Below are positions 1-6,306 of a DNA stretch of 11,639 bases, one piece after another (position 1 is the first letter of the stretch; the number at the start of each line of letters is the position of its first letter). The stretch lies in assembly GCA_039801565.1 (NCBI GenBank), contig JBDRUX010000078.1:1-11639 (forward strand), written 5' to 3'. Made by a program: the position numbers and the translations under genes. The notes under the pieces were generated by a model, which did not search any database, had not been told where the DNA came from, and worked only from the letters and a program-made list of their open reading frames with translations. The stretch comes from a candidate division WOR-3 bacterium (GTDB lineage Bacteria > Hydrothermota > Tepidihabitantia > Tepidihabitantales > JAOUPE01).

Positions 1-460
1 GATTAGTCAACTGTTTAAAATCCGGTAAAAAAAGTAATTCATTCCGGCTGCGGGCACCTAAGAAAATAAACAAACGATTCTTTACTGCCAACTTTTGCGC
101 CAAGAAAAGTAATGGCGCAATCCCGACCCCACCGCCAATCAAAACAATATTCCGGTCTTCGTAAGCAGGAATCGGTTTGCCCAAAGGTCCCAAGACATCG
201 AGATAATCATCCTCCCTTGTCAGGGCGAGAATTTTGGTACCTTTGCCCCGAATTCGAAATGCGATTCGGAATGTATCTGAATCGACTTGGGCAATTGAGA
301 ACGGTCTCCTTAAAAAAGGGTCGAACGAGTCCCACACTCGAATCTGAACAAATTGTCCTGGTAAAGCCTTGCGGGAAACTGCCTTCGATTCTAAATCAAA
401 AATAAAAAGTCCTGCACTTACTTCCTCTTTTTTAATTAATCGGGCTTTTTCGATTTCCAT
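1..460 (-). CDS. pyrK: Dihydroorotate dehydrogenase B electron transfer subunit (FAD/NAD-binding FNR-like), 5' part; continues beyond window start
   Basis: Manual translation from ATG at 460: MEIEKARLIKKEEVSAGLFIFDLESKAVSRKALPGQFVQIRVWDSFDPFLRRPFSIA...RGKGTKILA...LDVLGPLGKP...IVLIGGGVGIAPLLFLA...FLGARSRNEL. It is open to base 1. PGQF, LRRPFS, GPLG, GGGxGIAP and GAR are PyrK/FNR-family motifs. Starts 3 nt after the upstream stop. The Fe-S cysteines would lie outside the window. Confidence 0.85.
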   Translation of the reverse strand, partial: MEIEKARLIKKEEVSAGLFIFDLESKAVSRKALPGQFVQIRVWDSFDPFLRRPFSIAQVDSDTFRIAFRIRGKGTKILALTREDDYLDVLGPLGKPIPAYEDRNIVLIGGGVGIAPLLFLAQKLAVKNRLFIFLGARSRNELLFLPDFKQLTN

Positions 461-463
461 TGT

Positions 464-2503
464 TCAATCATTTCGTTCTTTTATGACCAATTCGCAACGC
501 CGATTTTTCCAATATTCCAAAGAATCACTGCTGATTAACTTTTCTTCACCAAAACTTTTCACCGAAATCCTCTCCGGCTCAACCCCTAATTGAACAAGAT
601 AATCTTTTACTGCGGTGGCACGCCGAAGTCCCAATTGATAATTATACTTCTCCGAACCAATTGGGTCACAATGGCCCTCAATTAAAATTTGTCGAGTCGA
701 GTCACTGCTTAACTCTTGGGCAATAATCTTTAATATCACGGTATCAGCACTTCGGATGTCATAGCGGTCAAAATCAAAATAGATTGGCGATATCGCTGAT
801 GTTATGCCTGCGGTAGAGATTGATTCTGACTTCTCGGCTAATTGCTCAAGGGAAATACCCGTAGTTTCTTTTTCGGTTGGCTTAGGCTCAATCTCCGGTT
901 GCAGTTTTTCTCTTCGACGTTGTCTTCTTTTTGGTTCTATTTTGGGGCGCATTTGTGTTGTCTCGTTTTTGGATACTGTTTCTTTAAGGGCGATTTCAGG
1001 TGAGGACTCTTTAAAATCTGCTTTTGGTTTCAATGATAGTACTGATTCCGGTTTTGTCAGAACCGAATCCGGTAGAGATTCTTTTAGGGGCGTTGGTCCT
1101 TTTTCTATAGCTAATGACTCCGCTGGTAATTTTTCCTTTTTTAACACTGATTCTTTCGGTACAGGTTGCGTCGCAGTATCTTCGGGTTGTAGTTCAATTT
1201 CAGGTAATCCTAACTCCTTCCGCGCTGTATTGGCATAGATCGTTTTGGGATAGTTATTGATAAGAATCTTTAAAATTGTGTCGTAATCGTTTTGTTTCAG
1301 ACGGTTCTTCATAATCCAGGCTTGGGCATAAAGTGCTTTTGGGGCATAGGAACTTTGTGGATATAAATCATAAGTCTTTTGGTATTCCTTAACTGCTGCT
1401 TCGTATTCATTCAAAGTTAATCCATAGGTCTCAGCCAACAGAAATTGTGCTTCGGCAGAATCTTTAATTTCGGCTTTTGGTGAAATTAAGTTAAGCAGTG
1501 CCGAACGCTTTTTTGCTTTCAACCCAAATTCCGAATTGGGAGCAAACCGGCTTGCGGTATCGTAATAGGCAATCGCCTTATTAAATTCTTGAGCAGTTTC
1601 ATATTTGAATCCTAAAAGGTAATATGCTTCAGCTCCTTGGTTACCAGTTCTTAGCTTAGTCAAATATTGGATAGCGAGTTCGTCTTTTTTTTCAGCGATA
1701 AGCAATTTCCCCATCAACAAATTGGCTTGATTTATTAAATCAGGAAAACGACTATAATCCTGGGCTAATAAAATTCGTGCCGAATCGAGTAATCTGGTTT
1801 GTAAAAAACATTCGGCTAATTTCAAATTTAATGCTGCCTTCTCATTTGGTTTCATAGCGACCTTGTTGCTATACGCTCGATACCAACTTATTGCGGTTGA
1901 CCAATCTCTTGTCTTGAAACTGATTTCAGCTAAATTGCGCATAGCCTCCTTACTCTCTTTGACCTTGGGATATTTTTGGATGAAGGCAAGTAGGGAATCT
2001 TTAGCAACACCGTATTCTTCTTTTTGGAAAAAAGCGTAGGCAATCTGATAAGCAGCCGCGGTCGCATAACGCGACGAATTCTCTTTAAGGTCGTAAAAAA
2101 TTAACGAAGCTATTCCATAATCCTTTAATGCCAGATAAGCCAAACCTCGATAATAATTCACTTCATCCCGATAGGGACTTTCTGGAAATACCACCAAAAA
2201 ATCTTCGAAGTTCTTTATCGCTTTATTGTATTCACCGATATGGTAATAGGACATTCCAACTAAATATAGGGCATCATCGGCCCACTTGGAACGAAAATGT
2301 TTTTTAACGACAACTGCTGATTTGGTAATGGATTTTTCAAAATTGGTCTTGGCAGCGCTTGGGTTGGTTGCTAAAAGTTTGAGTCCTTCCCGATAGTAAA
2401 CTCGCGCATTATAAAAAGTATTATAATAAACACAACCCGAAGTGATTAGAACAAGTATCAGTAGCCATTGAATTTGACCAAAGACGATTCTCTTTATAGT
2501 CAT
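464..2503 (-). CDS. Lipoprotein with multiple TPRs (BamD/CpoB-like), a low-complexity linker and a C-terminal Pal/OmpA-like peptidoglycan-binding domain
   Basis: Signal peptide with lipobox (LILVLITSG-C). TPR helices such as ALYLVGMSYYHIGEYNKAIKNFEDFLVVFPESPY. C-terminus IYFDFDRYDI...IEGHCDPIGSEKYNYQLGLRRA...ISVKSFGEEK...NRRCE fits the OmpA_C/Pal consensus. ATG at 2503 preferred over TTG at 2506. Confidence 0.85.
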   Translation of the reverse strand: MTIKRIVFGQIQWLLILVLITSGCVYYNTFYNARVYYREGLKLLATNPSAAKTNFEKSITKSAVVVKKHFRSKWADDALYLVGMSYYHIGEYNKAIKNFEDFLVVFPESPYRDEVNYYRGLAYLALKDYGIASLIFYDLKENSSRYATAAAYQIAYAFFQKEEYGVAKDSLLAFIQKYPKVKESKEAMRNLAEISFKTRDWSTAISWYRAYSNKVAMKPNEKAALNLKLAECFLQTRLLDSARILLAQDYSRFPDLINQANLLMGKLLIAEKKDELAIQYLTKLRTGNQGAEAYYLLGFKYETAQEFNKAIAYYDTASRFAPNSEFGLKAKKRSALLNLISPKAEIKDSAEAQFLLAETYGLTLNEYEAAVKEYQKTYDLYPQSSYAPKALYAQAWIMKNRLKQNDYDTILKILINNYPKTIYANTARKELGLPEIELQPEDTATQPVPKESVLKKEKLPAESLAIEKGPTPLKESLPDSVLTKPESVLSLKPKADFKESSPEIALKETVSKNETTQMRPKIEPKRRQRRREKLQPEIEPKPTEKETTGISLEQLAEKSESISTAGITSAISPIYFDFDRYDIRSADTVILKIIAQELSSDSTRQILIEGHCDPIGSEKYNYQLGLRRATAVKDYLVQLGVEPERISVKSFGEEKLISSDSLEYWKNRRCELVIKERND

Positions 2504-2506
2504 CAA

Positions 2507-3949
2507 TTATCGGGCTGAACCGACTAAGACATTGCGAAACCTGGCAGGTGCGGTGCCATGGCCAACATAAGCAACTTGACCGGGTTCGCCTTTACCGCAA
2601 TTGGGTAGACCCCATAAGACCCAAGCATCTTTGTTCGCAACAGCGTCACAGGACTGCCAAAATTGAGGGGTAATTCCAGTATAAAGGGCATTTTTGTAAA
2701 TCTTGGTCAATTTACCATTCTCAATTTGATAAGCGATTTCGGTGCCAAATTGGAAATTTAGCCGTTTATCATCAATACTCCAAGATTGGTTGGTATCAAG
2801 ATAAATCCCTTCTTTCGTATCCGCAATCAAATCATCTAATGGCCATTCTCCTGGTTCTAAATTAATATTTGTCATTCGAATTAACGGGATACGGTTCCAA
2901 CTTGCTGCCCGGGCGGTACCGTTCGATTTTTGATTTATCACCGGTGCGGTATCACGACTTGTAAGATAATTGACAAAAATTCCCTGTTTGATTATTGGGA
3001 ATTTCTGGGCAGGAGTGCCTTCGTCATCAAAGCCAAATGTTCCTAATCCACCCTCAATTGTCGCATCGGCACAGACATTCACTTTATCAGAACCGTAACG
3101 AAAATTACCCAATTTTTCTAAGGTGACAAAACTGGTACCAGCATAGGACTCTTCGCTACCTAAAACGCGGTCTAATTCAGTCGGATGGCCAATTGATTCG
3201 TGAATCTGTAATGCTAACTGATTTGAACCAACAATTACCGTTGTCTTCATACTTGGACAAGGATCCGCGGAAAGTAACATCAAAGCCTCTTCACGGGTTT
3301 GCTCGGCATTTCCAACTAAATCTAATTGCTCAATGAATTCGTATCCCTTCTGGGCATAATTGCCACCAAAGGCAGCTGGATAAGAACGTCGTTGCATCTC
3401 ACCATTTTGCATCGCATAACACTGAATCCCTCCGCCCGATATTATTATTTCCTGTTCTAACCAAGAACCTTCGGTTGAGGCGAAATACTTTTTGCAGCGC
3501 AGGAATGAAAGAGTGGCTAAGCCAATCTTCACTTTGGGGTTTGCTCGCAAAATCTTTTCGCTTGCTAATAACAAGTCAATCTTCTCGCTTAAAGGAACTT
3601 GAAACGGATTTTTGATGACTTTTGTTTCGTACTTGCCTTTTTGGGACGGCAGTTCATCTAAAAATACGGGTCGTCCAGGAATTCTTAAACTACTCTCCGC
3701 GATTGCCCAGGCTTCTTTTACTACTTTTGTTCCTTCTTTTTTCGTCAATGCACAAGAACAGGAAAACCCCCAGCTCTTATGATTTAGAATTCTTACACCA
3801 AAACCGATATCTTGCGTTTGGGCGATTGCTTCAACTTTTCCATTTCGGACTACGATTTCTTCCTGTTGAGTCTCGACGATTCGGCAATCGCCGTAGTCAA
3901 CTCGTTTTGCGTCTAATTCATCAACCAAACTTTTTAGAAAATCTTGCAC
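2507..3949 (-). CDS. tldD: TldD/PmbA-family metalloprotease, catalytic TldD type
   Basis: GFGVRIL...WGFS, HESIGHPTELDR (HExxGH), FGFDDEG, RMTNINLEPG, SWSIDDKRLNFQFG and CGKGEPGQ. GTG start with GGAGG RBS at 3956-3960. Confidence 0.92.
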   Translation of the reverse strand: MQDFLKSLVDELDAKRVDYGDCRIVETQQEEIVVRNGKVEAIAQTQDIGFGVRILNHKSWGFSCSCALTKKEGTKVVKEAWAIAESSLRIPGRPVFLDELPSQKGKYETKVIKNPFQVPLSEKIDLLLASEKILRANPKVKIGLATLSFLRCKKYFASTEGSWLEQEIIISGGGIQCYAMQNGEMQRRSYPAAFGGNYAQKGYEFIEQLDLVGNAEQTREEALMLLSADPCPSMKTTVIVGSNQLALQIHESIGHPTELDRVLGSEESYAGTSFVTLEKLGNFRYGSDKVNVCADATIEGGLGTFGFDDEGTPAQKFPIIKQGIFVNYLTSRDTAPVINQKSNGTARAASWNRIPLIRMTNINLEPGEWPLDDLIADTKEGIYLDTNQSWSIDDKRLNFQFGTEIAYQIENGKLTKIYKNALYTGITPQFWQSCDAVANKDAWVLWGLPNCGKGEPGQVAYVGHGTAPARFRNVLVGSAR

Positions 3950-3989
3950 AGTTTACCTCCAAATTAAATTTTCTCATCACCAATTAAAA

Positions 3990-4018
3990 TTTATACTTTG
4001 ATTTTAGATAATTGTCAA
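3990..4018 (-). promoter_or_regulatory. Sigma70-type promoter for the tldD operon
   Basis: Minus strand TTGACA (4018-4013), 17-nt spacer, TATAAA (3995-3990), upstream of the RBS. Confidence 0.7.
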
Positions 4019-4037
4019 GGAAAATTCAAGAATAGTT

Positions 4038-4754
4038 TTATGCCCGTCCGAATATTCTTTGTAAGCGCAGCCTCAGAACTAAGAAAAATGCTTGCCAGAT
4101 GATGCGTTTTGACATCTTGGAGACACCGACGCGCCGTTCAGTGAAGACAATTGGAATTTCCTTAATCCGATAGCCTTTGCGCCAAATCATATAATCAATT
4201 TCGATTTGAAAGCCATAGCCATCGGCTTTTAGTTTATTCAAATCAATTCCTTCTAAGACCCGTCGGCTATAGCATTTGAAGCCGGCGGTTAGGTCTCGAA
4301 TTGGACAACCAGTAACCTTGCGGGCATAGAGACAAGCAAAATAACTTAAGAGCAATCGTTTCATTGGCCAATTTACCACCGAAACACCATTGCAGTAGCG
4401 TGAACCAATGATTAAATCATATTCGGAAAGGAGTTTAATAAAGCGCGGAATATCTTCGGGTGGGTGAGAAAAATCGGCATCCATCTCGAAACAATAGTCG
4501 TAGCCCTTTTCTAAGGCGTAACGGAAACCAACCACATAAGCTGTCCCCAAACCCAATTTTCCCGGACGATGGATTATATTAACTCTCGGATTTTCGGCTT
4601 TTAGTCGTTCGACAATCTGTCCGGTGCCGTCTGGAGAATTATCATCAATCACTAAAACATCCAACTCAGGCGATTGTGCCAACACCGCCTTAATGATGCT
4701 TTCGATATTTTCTGCCTCGTTATAAGTTGGGAAAATAACTAAGCCTTTTGGCAT
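4038..4754 (-). CDS. Polyprenol-phosphate mannose synthase (GT2, DPM1/Ppm1-like)
   Basis: VIFPTYNEAENI, VIDDNSPDGTG, HRPGKLGLGTAYVVGF, EMDADFSHPP, IGSRY, VNWPMKRLLLS, DLTAGFKCY, GYGFQIE, EIPIVFTERRVGVSKMS: the full DPM1-like motif set. ATG at 4754 preferred over TTG at 4784, which lies inside the predicted promoter. Sugar specificity is inferred from family. Confidence 0.88.
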   Translation of the reverse strand: MPKGLVIFPTYNEAENIESIIKAVLAQSPELDVLVIDDNSPDGTGQIVERLKAENPRVNIIHRPGKLGLGTAYVVGFRYALEKGYDYCFEMDADFSHPPEDIPRFIKLLSEYDLIIGSRYCNGVSVVNWPMKRLLLSYFACLYARKVTGCPIRDLTAGFKCYSRRVLEGIDLNKLKADGYGFQIEIDYMIWRKGYRIKEIPIVFTERRVGVSKMSKRIIWQAFFLVLRLRLQRIFGRA

Positions 4755-4763
4755 CCTAAATTT

Positions 4764-4791
4764 ATCATAATGAAAACTAACCAATTGTCAA
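4764..4791 (-). promoter_or_regulatory. Sigma70-type promoter for the polyprenol-P-mannose synthase gene
   Basis: Minus strand TTGACA (4791-4786), 16-nt spacer, TATGAT (4769-4764). The -10 box ends 9 nt before the ATG. Confidence 0.55.
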
Positions 4792-4844
4792 GATTGAAAA
4801 ATTTGGAGTTAATCATACCGATATGATGACGATTATCTTGACAA
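4785..4844. repeat. 10-bp perfect inverted repeat containing divergent -35 boxes, with an inner 6-4-6 palindrome
   Basis: TTGTCAAGAT (4785-4794) and ATCTTGACAA (4835-4844). ATCATA-ccga-TATGAT at 4812-4827. Confidence 0.6.
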
Positions 4845-4871
4845 ATGTTTAGGTTTAGTTTAAATAATCAA

Positions 4872-5500
4872 ATGAAAATCTCAAGAAAAATACTTTTTGG
4901 AGTGCTGACTTTTAGTTGGACCGTCATGGCACAGGGAAGGTCGAACTTAAAAATTGGATTTGAATTGTCCGAATTGCTCCAAAATCGGTTTCGCAGCCTG
5001 GGGCAAAAGAATTGCACTTTGATACTGGGACAGGAATTTCCGAAAGGCGGTTGGAATAATTATGGCTACCAACTACTCTTAATTAATGTCGAGTTGAGTC
5101 CCGAACACTTGCAAAATAATCCATTTTTAAAAGGTAACAAATCAAATCTCACCGGCAACCTATTCGTTAGTAGAATTCTTGTTGACCTTTTCCCATTTGA
5201 GAAAAAGTTCGGTTTAGTTCGCTTCATTCCGATTGTTGGACTTGGTTTTGGTTATAACCGAACAATTTTGCAAAGTGGCCAAACCTATGACTTGAATGGG
5301 TTAACCTTCGGAACTGATTTCCGACTGCAGACCGAATTTTTAAGCCGGCTGTTTTTCGAATTTCCGGTGATAGATGCCTCGGTATATCTTTGGAAAAGTC
5401 GCCCAACCAAAGGTACAATTGGCGAAATTATCATTGATTATCCAGAGTGGGAGTTATTTTCTTCTGGATAAACTTAGGTATAAAATTTAAGTTTAAATAA
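4872..5500 (+). CDS. Exported protein, probable small outer-membrane beta-barrel. As given it stops at 5471; a -1 shift near 5450 extends it to 5500
   Basis: MKISRKILFGVLTFSWTVMA-QG is a Sec signal peptide. Alternating beta-strand patterns: FIPIVGLGFGYN, LTFGTDFRLQTEF, LFFEFPV. The -1 frame from 5450 reads GVIFFWINLGIKFKFK*, resembling a terminal OMP beta-strand. Confidence 0.6.
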
Positions 5501-6261
5501 CCGTATTTCTTTTATACTACTATAAAAATTACCATTATAAATAAAACGAACTAAAAAATCGTTGGACATCGGTCCTTAGAATTATTCTTGGTATTCATTT
5601 TCCTCTTCATCGAATGAGTTGAACATATGGGTTCTTTTGTAGTTAATGTTATCTTCTGGTACTTTGACATCGCATAAACCCCAAGGAATTCTTCGGCGTC
5701 CGACATTCTTGTAGGATATGACCGTCTTTGCCAACAAATAGCTATACCTTCTTATATTTTTTCCTAAATTCTTCAAGGACTTTAATAATTCTATCTTTAG
5801 ATACCGGCGCCAAAGCTCTTCTCCTTTTATTGCTAAGAAGAAATAATATCAGATTCAGTAGCCAGGCATACTCACCCCGTTTTTTGAAAAATGAAGTTAG
5901 GCTCATAAAAAACTTCTTGTCTCAAAGTAGGAACTGCCGGTTCAAATCTGATTAACCATTGCCCCTGCTTTATTTTCTGCCCCAAGAGAAGGGAAAATTT
6001 CTAACGAGGAAACTAAAGAAAATTTTATTTTCTATGTGCATTATGTTAAGTAAGCCAAAAAGAAACCAGATTTTAATCCGGTGAGCTTTAAAGACGGCTT
6101 TTCTTGATTGTTATATGACATAAAGCATTATCACATTTAATTCATAATGGATGCGTCATACTTAAAATTAGCATAAATTTCAAAAAACAAGATGCGAGAC
6201 TCGACCTTTCAACTATTGAATGTTTTGACCATCTTGCTATAGGGATAATAAACTGCCAATG

Positions 6262-6290
6262 TTGACAGGTTAAATAACACTAATTATACT
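6262..6290 (+). promoter_or_regulatory. Near-consensus sigma70 promoter for the GT-C gene
   Basis: TTGACA (6262-6267), 17-nt spacer, TATACT (6285-6290). Confidence 0.75.
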
Positions 6291-6306
6291 GAAGGTAAAA
6301 TTGGTA

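Noticed and set aside
112..593. Plus-strand ORFs 112-405 and 369-593
   Set aside because: Antisense shadows of pyrK and the Pal-like domain; no motifs.
911..931. KRRQRRR, resembling the HIV Tat basic peptide
   Set aside because: Short basic patch in a disordered linker; coincidence is likely.
804..1238. 144-aa plus-strand ORF
   Set aside because: Antisense to the low-complexity linker; Ser/Phe-rich composition typical of a shadow ORF.
2612..2659. WVLW and WQSC (WxxW/WxxC sequons) in TldD as DPY19 substrates
   Set aside because: TldD has no signal peptide and is cytoplasmic, while GT-C active sites face the extracytoplasmic side.
3622..3987. 121-aa plus-strand ORF; also 5224-5418, 6389-6601 and 7230-7433 on the minus strand
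   Set aside because: All overlap well-supported genes on the opposite strand.
5582..5955. ORFs 5582-5776 (-) and 5728-5955 (+) as real small genes
   Set aside because: TTG starts, mutual overlap, and no recognisable family.
6188..6236. Nested inverted repeats CAAGATG/CATCTTG and TTCAA-cta-TTGAA as ncRNA or riboswitch
   Set aside because: Short arms in AT-rich DNA, no known RNA motif, and located upstream of the predicted promoter.
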